A stretch of 64,000 nt of DNA from Vicugna vicugna (Eukaryota), in assembly GCA_013265495.1 (NCBI GenBank), contig MU058259.1, positions 114,161 through 178,160 of the forward strand. The letters run 5' to 3'. This document shows positions 1 to 12,604 of the stretch, one piece after another. The notes beneath the pieces were generated by a model. It worked only from the letters and a program-made list of their open reading frames with translations. It was not told the DNA's origin and made no database searches. The position numbers were made by a program, and so were the translations under genes. The stretch's first letter is position 1. Every line of letters starts with the position of its first letter.

Positions 1-231
1 ACATGTAAACAACTCAAATGTCTATCAACAGATGACTGGATAAAGAAGATGTGGTACACATATATAATGGAACACTACTCAACCATAAAAAAGAACAAAA
101 TAATGCCATTTGCAGCAATATGGATGGACCTGAAGATCATCATTCTAAGTGAAGTGGGCCAGAAAGAGAAAGAAAAATGCCATATGACCTCATTAATATG
201 AGGAATCTAAAAAAAAATGACACAAATGAAC
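1..231 (+). mobile_element. L1 (artiodactyl/camelid-type), end of ORF2 and start of 3' UTR, cut at both ends
   Basis: gatgactggataaagaagatgtggtac...aatgccatttgcagca...gacacaaatgaac are L1 3' motifs; the same motifs recur at 31930-32125. Confidence 0.9.
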
Positions 232-591
232 TGCTTATTATTTATAACTTAGATGATTGATTTCTTGAATACATGTAAGCACATTTGACTGTCCCTTATG
301 ATTGGATTACCGCATTCTGTTGATTCTTATTTTGTAGTTGGCTTTATTCCTTTGATAATTATGTAAGTTTAAAAACCTAAAATTCTAATCTGTTCTTAGA
401 AACAATGATCAGTAAACGTATGTAAACTAAAAAAAGTGCAGTATACTGTTTGTATTTACATGCAATATAATGTATATGTACAGTTTAACTGTAATAATTC
501 TACCTAATAAAACTGAAAAAGGAAAAAAAAGAGATAGATAACCTGAAAAAAAGGTTATACTTCATTTATAGATGTTATAAAATATTGGCTT

Positions 592-1638
592 GTAGCTTAT
601 TTATTTTATGCTTAATCCTCTACCCGTGTCTTGTCCCTTCCCCTTCCCTCTCCCCACTGTTAACCACTAGTTTGTTCTTTATGTCTGTATGTTTCCTTTT
701 TGTTATATTCACTAGTTTATTTTACTTTTTACTTTACACATATAAGTAATATCATACAGTGTTTGTTTTCTCTGTCTAATTTATTTCCCTTGGCATAATA
801 CCCTCCAAGTCCATCCATATTGCTGTAAATGGTAAAAGTTCATTCTTTTTTATGGCTGAGTGGTATTGCATTGTGTATGTATGTGTATGTATGTGTGTAT
901 GTGTATGTATATATATATGTGTGTGTGTATATATATATATCTCACATCTTCTTTATTCATTCATCTGTTGATGGACACTTAGGTTGCTTCCATATCTTGG
1001 CAATTGTAAATAATGCTGCTATAAACATTGGAATGCATGTATCTTTTCAAATTAGTATTTTTGTTTCTTTTGGATATATACCCAGGAGTGGAATTGCTGG
1101 GTCATATAGTAGTTCTGTTTTTAGTTTTCTGAGAAATGTCCATACTGTTTTCCATAGTGGCTGCACCAAACTACATTCCCACCAATAGTGTATGAGAGTT
1201 CCCTTTTTTCCACATCCTCATCAACATTTGTTATTTCTGTTCTTTTTGATGATAGCCATTCTAACAGATGTGAAGTGTATCTCATGGTGGTTTTGATTTG
1301 CATTTTTTTGGTGATTAGCAATGTTGAGCATCTTTTCACATGCTGTTGGCCATCTGTATGTCTTCTTTGGAAAAATGTCTGTTCAGGTCTTCTGTCCATT
1401 TTTTAATTGGGTTTTTTTTATGTTGAGTTGTCTGAGCTGTTTATATATTTTGGATATTAACCCCTTATCAGTCATATCATTAGCAAATATTTTCTCCCAT
1501 TCAGTAGGGTGTCTTTTTGTTTTGTTGATGGTTTCCTTTGTGGTGTAAAAGCTTTTGAGTCTAATTAGGTCCCATTTGTTTGTTTTTGCTTTTAATTCCT
1601 TTGCTTTAGAAGTCAAATCAAAAAATATTGCTATGACT
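592..1638 (-). mobile_element. L1 3' fragment (ORF2 C-terminus plus 3' UTR) with internal (TG/TA)n
   Basis: Minus-strand ORF 1383-1616 encodes ORF2-like [10 protein letters not shown]...[10 protein letters not shown]...[12 protein letters not shown]. Confidence 0.92.
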
Positions 1639-2149
1639 TATTCATTTTAATGGCGACCCATTTTGTTTATAACTATTGGAATATATTGTTTTTTAAAATA
1701 GTGTAAACATTTTATATATAGGCAGGAAACTCAAATTAAATCTTTATATAGATGCAGGTGATCAAGGAAGGTGCCCAGACTCCTCAAGGCTTATCCAGAG
1801 TCTGGTACAAGGAAAAGAGGAATAGAGGGAGGGAGCAGGGAGAGAACAAAGGGGAGGGGGAGGAGGTGGCATGGCAGACCTTGGGGCATTCCCACGAATG
1901 TAGCTTTAGCAGGCCTGGGCTCAGATGTGGACACAAGGCCTTACCCCCAGGGTCCTAGTCACGGAGGTCAGGGAAGACCCAAGCTGCAACCACAAGCTTT
2001 TGTGTGTCTGGGCCAGAGGTACTTCCTGAAGAGAATGCCAGAATAGTGGAGTACAGTTTCAAAGGCCAGGAAGCTGGAAGCCAGAGGCTACCCCCAGAGG
2101 TTAAGCCTCCTCACCTCAAGGGGAGAAAGAAAGAAAACGAGTACCTATC

Positions 2150-2516
2150 TGCTATGGTCTGAATGTTTGTGTCCACCCAAAATCCATATAATGAAACTCT
2201 AACCACAAATGTGATAGTGTTAGGAGGTGGGGCCTTTGAGAGGTGCTTATATCATGAGGATGAAGCCCTCATGAATGAGATTAGTGCCCTTATAAAAGAG
2301 GCTCCAGAAACCTCCCTTGCCTCTTCCACCATGTGAAAACACAGAGAGAAGATGGCCATTTATGAATTAGAAAGCAGGCTCTTGCCAGACATAAAATCTG
2401 CTGGTACCTTGATCTTGGACTTCCCAGCCTCCAGAACTGTGAGAAATAAATTTATGTTGTTTATAAAGCAACCAGTCTCTGATATTTTGTTATAGCAGTC
2501 TGAATGAACTAAGATA
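2150..2516 (+). mobile_element. MaLR solo LTR (MLT1A/MLT1A0-like)
   Basis: tgctatggtctgaatgtttgtgtc...ccagcctccagaactgtgagaaataaa...gaactaagata; flanked by a near 5-bp TSD ctatc/ccatc. Confidence 0.88.
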
Positions 2517-2704
2517 CCATCCTAGAGGGAAAAGTTTAGCTCTTTTTCTCTTGTTCCATCTCTACCTCTAGTATTAGGGAAATGAGGGTGTGGTATGACA
2601 TTGGAACACTGGGACATGGCCTTCCACTGACAAAAGTGGTACTGAATTTCCAATCTCAAAGTTCTGCTGGGTTAATTCCTAGAGCCCCTTTTCTGTCACT
2701 CAAA

Positions 2705-2751
2705 TCCTTCAACAAGGCAGCTCAATTCCTTCAACAAGGCAGCTCAATTCC
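2705..2751. repeat. Perfect 22-bp tandem duplication (tccttcaacaaggcagctcaat x2)
   Basis: Directly visible. Confidence 0.95.
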
Positions 2752-4039
2752 AACACCCTCACATACAACCCAGGGATGCATATGGTCCCCAGCAGCTGAG
2801 AGTTCCATCATCAGCTATCTGATGAGACTTCTGCTTTCACACAGCCCTCCCGGCAACTGCCCAGACAGTCTAGCTCATTAAGCTTGCAGCCTGTTAGGTG
2901 CTGAGTAAAGGCCCCTTTCTCTGCCTCAGGCCCCTCCACCTGCAAGCTTCCCTCTGCAGAAAGGGGGCCCTGCAGTAAAGATTTTGACAAATATGTGTTC
3001 ATGAATGCAAATGCATCATGGATGATAGGAAAGGGAGAAAGAGGAACAAATAGACTAACTGGAACAAATGGGCCAAGAAAGAAGGGAGTGGGGGCACGTA
3101 TGGGGTGGGGTTTGTGTGTGTGTGTATGTGTATGAGATAAAGAAGAGGGCAGGGTGTAACCGGTGGAGAAAAGCATGAGTGGTAGGTTTGGACCAAGCAG
3201 AGCTCTGTGCTTGGCTTGGGTTTTGAGGTCCACCCTGTGTGGGCATCCAGAGGTGGTTAGGAAGTGGGAGATGTGCAAGTGACCTAATAGATGCTTCTAG
3301 AAGAGGAACTGGGACAAGGTGGCCAGGACTTGGGGGTTGGATAGTGGGTAGCCTAGGGGTGGGAAAGAAGGGTTGAAGATCTGTCTGATGGAGACTCCTG
3401 GCATTTACCTCCCTGATTTCAGAAACTCCTCGGGACATAGGCTTCACTTTGGGAACACTCTTTTTCTTCCTTCCCCCTTAAGGCTCTTGCTGACTGTTTA
3501 ACCACTTCCTGCCTGCTAAGGCCGGTTCTAGGAGCAGGAGTGGTTCCCTCACAGTATGATATGCCCTTCCCTGGAGAGCTGCTGCTGAGGCCTGACTGTG
3601 TGGGAGTCAGGGCTGAGGGCTGCCCAGCCAAGAAGCAGAAACAAGACAGGGCTTGGTTTCTTCTTCATTAATTTCTCCAAACTATAAAAACGACTCTCTC
3701 TTGCATGCTCTTGTTCACTTTGTTATTCTCACCTGCTTATTCTTCAGCTTAAATGCTGGAATCACTTTGTTAAGTTAAAAAAATTCCAGTAGGATTTTGA
3801 TTGTAATTGTGTCAAAACAATGTGTTACTGCTTTTCTTTAAAATTGAATTTGAGACTAAATAATACAGAACTTTTTATTCAGAAAGGACTTTTTGGCTTA
3901 TTTATTTATTCATGTACCCAGCAATATATTTTGAGCACTTAGGAAAGTGCTAGAAAAGTGGCCCCATTGTCTAGGGACACTGAGAGCCACTTGAAGCAAA
4001 GGGAAGGGGAAGGACAGTCCTTGTACTTGCACAGCCCGC

Positions 4040-4245
4040 CTTCCTTGCCTTGCCCCAATTCCAGTCCTGATTGAGCCTGTTACCATTTAAAATTTTGATA
4101 TTATATTCATCATGTATTTTTGCGTTAATTTTAATTAAAAATATTGCATTAGAATATTTATCTTGATTACTGAGTTCTTTTGAAAGCCCTTTAAATTTTT
4201 CATCTGAGGTGAGTGCCTCACTTCCCCGCCCCCTCCTTGTCCTCA
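4040..4245 (-). mobile_element. hAT-type MITE (MER96B-like)
   Basis: Minus strand gtgaggcactcacctcagatgaaaaatttaagggg...actcagtaatcaagataaatattc matches the recalled consensus. Confidence 0.55.
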
Positions 4246-4509
4246 GTCCATGGAGCAATTACAGCAAGTACGAGTAGAGAGGAAACAGGACTGGAAACTG
4301 CTCAGGGAGCCAGGATGACTGAAGACCAGGAGTGAGAAACTTCCTAACTCCAGTCAATTCCTAAACAAAATCATGCAATTCTTCTTAACAATGCAGTGTA
4401 GAAATACCTGTTCTCAGAAGGGCTGCCAGACCACAACTATGGCACACGCCTCACAGCTGAAGAGGAGAAGGGCACAGCTTGAGGGTTGCCATCCAAAAAG
4501 GAGTATCTG

Positions 4510-6103
4510 CATTGTCCCATGTGGGAGCCACCAGCCACATGTTACTCTTGAGCACTTGAAACACAGTCAGTCCTAATTGTGATGTGCTGTTAAGTATAAA
4601 CTTTACACTGCATTTCAAAGACTCAGTATAAAAAAAAAGAAAGCCATATATCTTATTCAAAATTTGTTTTATGTTGGTTACCTATTGAAATAATATTTTG
4701 GATATGTTAGGTCGATTAAAATATATTAAAATGAATCTCACCACTTTTTTCTTTTTTTTTTTATTTAGGTATAGTCAGTTTACATTGTTTTTTTATTTTC
4801 TGGTATACAGCACAGTTCTTCAGTCATACATGAATATACATATATTCATTTTCATAATCTTTTTCACCATAAGCTACTACAAGATATTGAATATATTTCC
4901 CTATGCTGTACAGTATAGACTTGTTTATCTGCTTTATATATACCAGTCAGTATCTGCAAATCTTGAACTCCTAGTTTATCCCTTCCCATCCCCCTCGCCC
5001 CTGGCAACCACAAGTCTGTATTCTATGTCTGTGAGTCTGTTTCTGTTTTGTGTATAAGTTCATTTGTCTGTTTTTTTTTTTTTTTAGATTCCACATATGA
5101 ATGATACCATATGGTATTTTTCTTTCTCTTTCTGGCTTACTTCACTTAGAATGACGTTCTCCAGGGACATCAGTGTTGCAGCAAATGGCATTGTTTTATC
5201 ATTTTTATGGCTGAATAGTATTCCATTGTATAAATATACCACAGCTTCTTTATCCAGTCCTCTGTCGATGGACATTTATGTTTCCATGTCTTGGCTATTG
5301 TAAATGGTACTGCTATGAACATTGGGGTGCATGTGTCTTTTTGAATTAGGGTTCCTTTTGGATATATGCCCAGGAGTGGGATTATTGCGTCATGTGGTAA
5401 ATCTATTTTCAGTCTTTTGAGGAATCTCCATATTGTTTTGCACAATGGCTGCACCAAACTGCATTCCCAGCAGCAGTGCAGGAGGTCTTCCTTTTCTCCA
5501 CACCCTCTCCAGCATTTATCATTTGTGGACTTTTGAATGATGGCCATTCCACATCAACAAGAGAAAGGACAAAAACCACATGATCATCTCAATAGATGGA
5601 GAAAAAGCATTTGATAAAATTCACAACCCATTTATGATAAAAATCCTTACCAAGTCGGTATAGAGGGAACATATCTAACATAATAAAAGCTATTTATCAC
5701 AAACCTGCAGCCAGCATAGTACTCAATGGTGAAAAACTGAAAGCCTTCCCACTAAAATCTGGGACAAGACAAGGTTGTCCACTCTCACCACTTCTATTCA
5801 ACATAGTCTTGGAAGTCCTAACCACAGCAATCAGGCAAGAAAAAGAAATAAAATGGATCCAAATTGGAAAAGAAGAGGTAAAATGGTCAGTATATGCAGA
5901 TGACATGATGCTATATGTAGAAAACCCTAAAAGCTCCACACAAAAACTAGTAGAACTAATAAAAGAATTCAGCAAGGTAGCAGGATACAGATTAATGTAC
6001 AGAAATCACCAGTTTTTTTTAAAATGTGGGAACTAGCAAGTTTTCAGTTTCATGTGTGGCTTTTGTTTGTGGCTCATACCATATTTCTATTGGACAGCAG
6101 TGG
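4510..6103 (+). mobile_element. MER33-like hAT-Charlie element split by an L1 (halves ~4510-4750 and ~6006-6103)
   Basis: agccaccagccacatg...ttgagcacttgaa...aataatattttggatatgttagg on the left continues as aaaatgtgg...atatttctattggacagcagtg on the right. Confidence 0.8.
4751..6005 (-). mobile_element. Camelid-type L1 insertion with 5' inversion
   Basis: Poly-T plus antisense 3' end at 4751-5548 ([16 protein letters not shown]...), then a sense-strand RT segment at 5549-6005 ([13 protein letters not shown]...EFSKVAGY); TSD tcacca(c/g)tttttt at 4738-4750 and 6006-6018. Confidence 0.9.
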
Positions 6104-7327
6104 TCTGAGTAGTAGTGGGGATATGTCCTTGAACTCAATTGCAGGGACCCTGATCACAGGGCCCTTGAGAATTTCATTGCCCATTGAGGTGCATCCTCTA
6201 ACCTCTTCTGTCTGACTGAATGCTCAGCATGTAACCTGTATAAAGAGGCCAAGTAGAAAGATGTAAGTTGGATCTCATATGTAGTCAGGGATGGGACTTG
6301 GCCTTATGGTGGTGAGGGAGGGCACTGGAGAGTGAGGGGTGAAGAAGTGCAGTGGAGATCCTTTTGGACCTAGCACCTCTGAACATATTTCTTACATTTG
6401 GAGACTGCCCCACAATAAAAGAGAGATTCTTACTCTCTCAACCTCCTTTGCAGGTAGGGATCAGGGCTCAGCCAATCAAACACACACAGGTCTGTGTTTG
6501 ATGTGATATGAAAGCAGCCGGTGTTACTGCATGGAATCCATGAGGGTTGGGGTGGCAGCACCAGCTAACAGTGGCAGTGAGGCAGAGATTCAGCATTAAT
6601 GGGTGGGTGATGCCAGCTATTACGAGGTTGCCAGGAGGTGGCAGGGGTGTCTCTACCAGACCAGGCCTTGGTGAAATTTGTAGCATTGTTCTTCACTACA
6701 TAGTCTTTAAACTGGTTCTCTGGCCTTTCAGAGATTCTCCATATCCTTCAGTTTTTTTCTTAGCTAGAATGTTGTTGTCTGTGATAAAATCCTGAGTGAC
6801 ATACAGTGGTTTCTACACCTGCTGTATAGTAGTCCCCAAATACCCAAATGATGCTTCAAGCAGCCAATTATTCTTGCTTAAAGACCTGCTTTGTGTTTAG
6901 CACTGTGATAACATCTGGAGAGAGTCAGAAAAATATGAGCCTTGGTTGCCTTGTTCGAATAACTCACACAGGTGATGTGTGGAAATTGGCATCGTGGTGC
7001 CTAGGTCTTCCCCAGGGCAGAGGAGAAAAGGTTCTGATTCCTCTTCAGCTTAGACCTACATTTAACTCTTCAATTTGAATTCTCTAATATAATTAGCTGC
7101 CTTCCCTCTTTCCTAGCATCTGTTCTCAAATCAGCCTGAGACCAAGGCTGTTCTGGACACACACACACACACACAGTTAAAAAATTCCACTTATGTCACT
7201 GCCTCTAAGTGAGTTTACTAGTCTACTTTTGTCCCCAGGAATTAAAATGATGAAGTGTGTGTTCCTTGTAAAACGGGAGATATATTTTCAAATCATACGC
7301 TTATAATTTTGCAAACATCAGCTCTAG

Positions 7328-7765
7328 TGTTTGGGTTCCCCCCAAACTAGACTGAAATGAAAATTTGGATACAAGAGGTTGATTTGGAATGTGATCCCAG
7401 GAAGCACAGGGAGGGAGCAGGTTACTACTGTGGGCAACGGGGCTCAGTTCTGCTAAGGATTCTCTGAAGGACTGTGTAGAACATTACTTAGAACTGTCCC
7501 ACCAAGGGGCAAGGAAGTTGGAGTATTTATGAACCAACTCTCATTATCCCAGCCCTCATTTTTGGAGAGTTACTCCTGGGAGTGTTAGCTCTTCAGCACT
7601 TCTAGCTTGCCTTGCATGGACAGAGACTGCTACTATGGCCAGAGAAAGTCCTTACGCAGAGAGACCCTTGAGGTTGGAATCTGCCAATGCGTGTGGGAGC
7701 TGTCCACCGAAGCTGTGGATGACTTTCAGGTGAGCTAAGGGCAGACTGGCTACATTGGTTGGCCA
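7328..7765 (-). mobile_element. ERVL LTR16-family LTR
   Basis: tgtttgggttcccccc...gtgatcccaggaagcac...ttactactgtgggcaac...ggagtatttatgaaccaactc. Confidence 0.7.
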
Positions 7766-7794
7766 CATCTAGTTAATAAAACTTTCCTCATGAA

Positions 7795-7905
7795 TTTATT
7801 CTTTCATTCAACATATATTTATAGAGCATCTAGTATGTTCCCAGCATGCTTTTTGGCATGGTGATACAGTAGTGAACAAAACAGATGCAAAGCCCTCTGT
7901 TAATA
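7795..7905 (-). mobile_element. L2 3' end fragment
   Basis: ttcattcaacatatatttatagagcatctagtatg...gatacagtagtgaacaaaacaga. Confidence 0.75.
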
Positions 7906-8269
7906 GTTTATTCTAATGACTATTCTCAGGAGTATTAAAATATGCCAATTACAGGTACCTAACAGATTTTCAGTATTATATGCGTTCATTTAATACTAAT
8001 ATTTGATATTGTACTAATTGGATAAAATATGACATACTTTTTGTTATCTTTCTTTGTTGAGAAAACACAATTTCAAAGAATGTTAGAGCTTAAAGTATTC
8101 CTAAAGATAACTGAGGCTTGCAAAGGTGAACTAACTTTCCCAAAGCCACATAGCAGAACCAGGACCCAAACCTCAGGTTTCTTCACATATTTCCACAGTA
8201 GTACCATATTGCCTGAGACTGGCTATTTTTTAAACCAAAAACCAAAGAGCAGTTTGAGTTCACCCTTTA

Positions 8270-8700
8270 CATTGTGGTAGGAGTGTAAATTGATGCAAAC
8301 TTTCTGTGAAACAATTGGTAATAAGCATTAAGAGCTTTAGAGGTGAACATTCCCATTGACATAATAATTCAGCTGTTAGGGATTTATCCTGAGAAAATAA
8401 TCAGAAAATTGCAAAAGACTTATATACGATAAAAATTAATTTAGTCAGCCAGAAAGTATGTTTTAAAAGAATATTTAATGATATGAGAAAATATAAGGCA
8501 ATATTTAGTGACAAGATGGGGATATACAGCTTCATATACTGGATGTCTCATTTTTTCAGAAAGATCTACACAGAGAGGAAAATATAGCAAAGCAGCAGTT
8601 ATATCTGCGTGGTGGAACTGCGTGGAATATTTTTTTCTTGTATAATTGTATTTTCTACAATGAACATGTATTGTACTACTTTATAATCAGAGAAAAAAAC
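8270..8700 (+). mobile_element. Ancient L1ME-type 3' fragment
   Basis: gtaggagtgtaaattgatgcaaac...tagggatttatcctgag...ttttctacaatgaacatgtatt...tttataatcag. Confidence 0.65.
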
Positions 8701-9962
8701 TATACATTCTTTTGCCTAATTTTTCACCTCTAAGCATTTTGCTAAATGCTGAGGAAGTGTTCAGCAGATATTTTAGTGAGCCTCAATCTTGAAAAAAAAA
8801 TCATACTGTTTAAAACTAGGCTCCCGATGTTCAGAAGCATTCCAGCCAGTGTGGCTGTGGTGAGGGTACATTTTGAAATGCCTTCCTTCGTGGCCCTGCG
8901 CGCCCCTCTGCAGCTTCATCTCCCTTCACTGGACCAATTCCCTTCTCCCCATGGGCGTCCCATGGACTTAGGTCCCTTGTCTGCATCCTGCTTATTTATT
9001 CCCGCATTGTGGCTTCTATTCCTTTGTCCCCTTCTTCCCCATCAGCTCCCCCTTCATTGTGTTTCTTTCATTTCTCTTACAGAAGCAGAGCCCCATGCTG
9101 CTGTTTTTCAGCCTTTCTCCCGCCTTAGTTTCAGCTGCAAAGTCTAATGGGGACTTCATCTCATCTTACCTGCTGTGTCTTGCCTTTGGGATTAGATACT
9201 TACCATGAAGATGAAAGAAAATGAGCCGCCTATTAAATATATCACCTTTGGACTTTCCAAAGACTCCAGCTTTGCCAAACACCACGGGAGCCTGTGGCCC
9301 CCTATGGCAACACTTCCCGAAATGCATGCTCTCTTCCAAAGCAACTGAGGAACACAGACCCCCTTCATTCCCCCAAACAAGGCTGTTGTTTTTATCTCCC
9401 AGGTTGCTACCATGTGGGAATGTCATGATGTGAGAAAATATCAACACCCAAAATGCAGATCACACTTGCTTCCCGTCAACTATGAAGGGGCCATTAATCA
9501 TTCTCCACTCTCCCATCTTTCCCCTGTCTTTATTACAGAGAAGCTGTTCTTGTAATTTTTGAGGAGTATCTATGGGTGGTGACTAACCTTTGGCATTGTC
9601 CATGTGGTCTGGCAGGAATGGTGTAGAGTCTCCTAGCATCAGCCTGGAGAGTTCAAGGGCATCAGAGGAGGCCCCATGGCAAGGTGCAGCCAAGCAGAAG
9701 GAAGCAAAGATGGTGGGATGGGAGCAGCCTGAGATTGGCTCCCTTAGGTCTGGTGGTGATGCATTCTTGCTTCTTTGCTGACTGAAGCTCTGAAAGCATT
9801 TGCTTTTTTTGTTCCCAGCTCAGCTGAGTAAAGAATGCCATCTGGATGGCATTCATTAGGAAACCTCTGCTCACAGGGGTATGTTAAGTATCATTCTTTT
9901 TGGAAAACCTGCACTATTTATATGGGTGCTACAGTAGTTCAAGCCCAGCACGGATACCATGC

Positions 9963-10475
9963 TGTATCTATTGGGGTTCAGTGCTGGAAACAGAAACCCT
10001 TTTAAGTATTTAAACAGAAAGCTTTTGAATTCAGAGAATCAGGAGCTTAACATATTGTTGGAAGGGCTGGACAAACAGGAATGATTGCCAGAGCATCACA
10101 GAACTAACCCAAAGAAATCCTATCTCTGTCACAGTTAGGAAGGTGGAGAGTCAGGCTACCACTGGAATATACCATCCAGGGTCCAGGAAGCCAATATTGG
10201 TGCATCTCTTGACACCCTAGAAGTGCAAATTAAACATTGGAAATCTGTTTCAGAAACACTCCACATCTCTGTTTAAAGTCAGAAAAGCAGAAAGAAGATG
10301 ATCTCTGCCTCATGTGTCCCTTCCCATTGGTGATACCTGTTCATGTACAGAAGCCTAGCTGCAAGGGAGTCTGATAAATCTAATATTTAGCTTTCTGGGC
10401 TTATTATTGCAGTCAGACACAATGGAAGGAGGTGGAAATGGAGGCCAAGTGCCAACAAACCATATCCAACCCACA
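9963..10475 (-). mobile_element. Old MaLR LTR (MLT1L/M/N-like)
   Basis: ggaaacagaaaccc...tttaaacagaaa; cctagctgcaagggagtctg...tttagctttct. Confidence 0.6.
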
Positions 10476-10981
10476 TCCCTTATAAAATGACGCTGGCCTT
10501 AGAGCATGCAGGGGGCCCAATTGTGGGTGGCTGAGTCCCAACAGGGTCTGAGACCCCTCAAAAATGGGATAAACACAGAATATGGTAGTCTCTTCAAGAA
10601 AGAGGAAAGGTAGAATCCATCATAGAATTGTCCCTGGTCTGATTTTTAGCAGCACACAAGTTGATAAGCAGACTGTACCCTGGCTGGGGAAATGGCTTGA
10701 CTTGGCTTATGGGAATTGGTGATAGTCAGTGTTAAGTGCAGATTTGAGACTTTAATTAGATGGGAGATAAGAGTGGATTAGAAACAAAGGTATAATTCTT
10801 GGAAAGAGGTGGTGAGGAGGTCAGCTTTCTGACAGCTAACTTCCCTGGCACAGAAAGAGCTGTGCAATGGGGCTTAGGGAAAGGCACAGCAAGAATCCTG
10901 GAGTCCTGACAAGACCCAGGCAGAATGAGGCCAGATGATTGGATAGGCTCTTTGGGCCCAAGGAAACAACAGAAGGGAGAT

Positions 10982-11479
10982 TGTGAGAAATTGGCTTATA
11001 GCCCCAGTTCTGCATCCCTCCCTGTATCCATGCTCTTTGCCTTGTAATTTTGTATCTTCTCCTATAAAAGGCAAAATGAGTTTCCATACCCCTTGATTTG
11101 GGGCTTGGCCTTGAGACTCTGAACAGCAGAATGGGGGAAGAAGCAGCACAAGTCCAGTTTTGAAACAAAGCCTTAAGAGGCTTCACATGTTTCTATTTTT
11201 CCTCGCTCATGCTTTTGCCATCTTCATGACAAGAGCTTACCCTGGGTAGCTACTGCTTATTCAGTCTAGGCCCAAGAATTAACCCATGTGGGAGAGACTA
11301 GAGCTCAGCACATTGCAAGGAACCAATCCCGGTGGATCTACAGCTTAAAGGAAGGCCTTCTAGCTGAACTCAAGCTAGTTCATCTGAGCCCCAGACAACC
11401 TAATGGTGTGTGAGAAATAAATGTTTACTGTGGACACTGAAATATTTGTGACTATAATGCAGCAATACTGACTGATACA
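10982..11479 (+). mobile_element. MaLR LTR (MLT1G/H-like)
   Basis: ccccttgatttggggcttggcc...gccttaagaggc...gtgagaaataaatgtttactg...gcaatactgactgataca. Confidence 0.75.
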
Positions 11480-11837
11480 GACTGTCACTGAATAACAAGG
11501 GGCTTATCATTTCCAGGCATTTCATTGAAGAGTATCAGAGCATCTACAAATCCCAGACTGGTGTGTGCAAGTTCTGGGAAATGGTGGAATAACACAGTGT
11601 ATCTGGGTGACCTTTGGAGAGGGCTGGGACAGAGCTACAGCACGACAGTGGCTGACACCCAACGCATAGCCCATCGTCTCCAGGTAAGCTTCCCTAGATT
11701 GCCAAGAGATCTCTTCATTCTCTACTCTCCTCACTTATTGCCTGTATTTCTCCTTTAGCTCTGATCATATGCCATCACGTTTAGAGTGACCTAATTCCAA
11801 ATCTCTCTATATAGGTAGAGTTCCCTCACTCTTTTTT

Positions 11838-11915
11838 GTTGTTTGTTTTTTGTTTTTTTGTTTGTTTGTTTTTTTTAACATTTTTTATTGATTTATAATC
11901 ATTTTACAATGTTAG
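11838..11915 (-). mobile_element. Extremely 5'-truncated young camelid-type L1 tail
   Basis: T-rich tail plus aacattttttattgatttataatcattttacaatgtt; exact 14-bp TSD cctcactctttttt at 11824-11837 and 11916-11929. Confidence 0.85.
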
Positions 11916-11938
11916 CCTCACTCTTTTTTTAATATAAC

Positions 11939-12604
11939 TGATACAGGAAAATGTGGGGTGGGAAAGGATGGCCATGTCCCAGGTCTCAGATGAGTCCCTG
12001 GGATGAGCCCCACCAAGCGAGGATCCTTGGCTTCATGCAGGAAAGAATTCAAGAGTGAGCCATAGTTGAGTGAAGGTAGATTTATTCAAAGAAATACATA
12101 CTCCATAGACAAGAATGTAGGCTGAATCAGAGGGCAAGAGAAAGGCCTAGGAAACACACATTCCATAGGCAGAATGCAGGCCATCTTACTCAAAAGGGAG
12201 AGCAGTGGACTCAGAGCATGGTGTCATCTAGGAAAATAAGATCAGCCACGAGGTGTGGGAGTTGTTAGTTTTTATGGGCTTGGTAACTTCATATGCTAAC
12301 AAGTGGGAGGATTATTCCAACTACTTTGGGGAAGGGGCTGGGTTTCCCAGGAACTGGGCCATCACCCACTTTTTGACCTTTTATGGTCAGCCTCAGAACC
12401 TTCATGGCACCTGTGGGAGTGCCATTTAGCATGCTGTTGTATTTCAGTGAGCATATATTGAAGCTCAAGTTCTACTGGGAGTTGACTTCCACCATCTTGG
12501 TGCTAATTGCTGTGTCATTCTTTTAGCATCGCCCATGGCACCCAATCCACAGTGAGTGATCAACGTGTTAGTGGCTGTGCCCTCCCCCCTTCCCTCTTGC
12601 GTCA
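11939..12604 (-). mobile_element. ERV1-class solo LTR (666 bp)
   Basis: TG...CA termini, 4-bp TSD taac on both sides, minus-strand AATAAA near 12081, ERV1-like caggaaagaattcaagagtgagcc. Confidence 0.88.

Noticed and set aside
829..6036. ORFs of 60-125 aa at 829-1616 and 4698-6036
   Set aside because: Sense and antisense frames of decayed L1 ORF2 and 3' UTR, not host genes.
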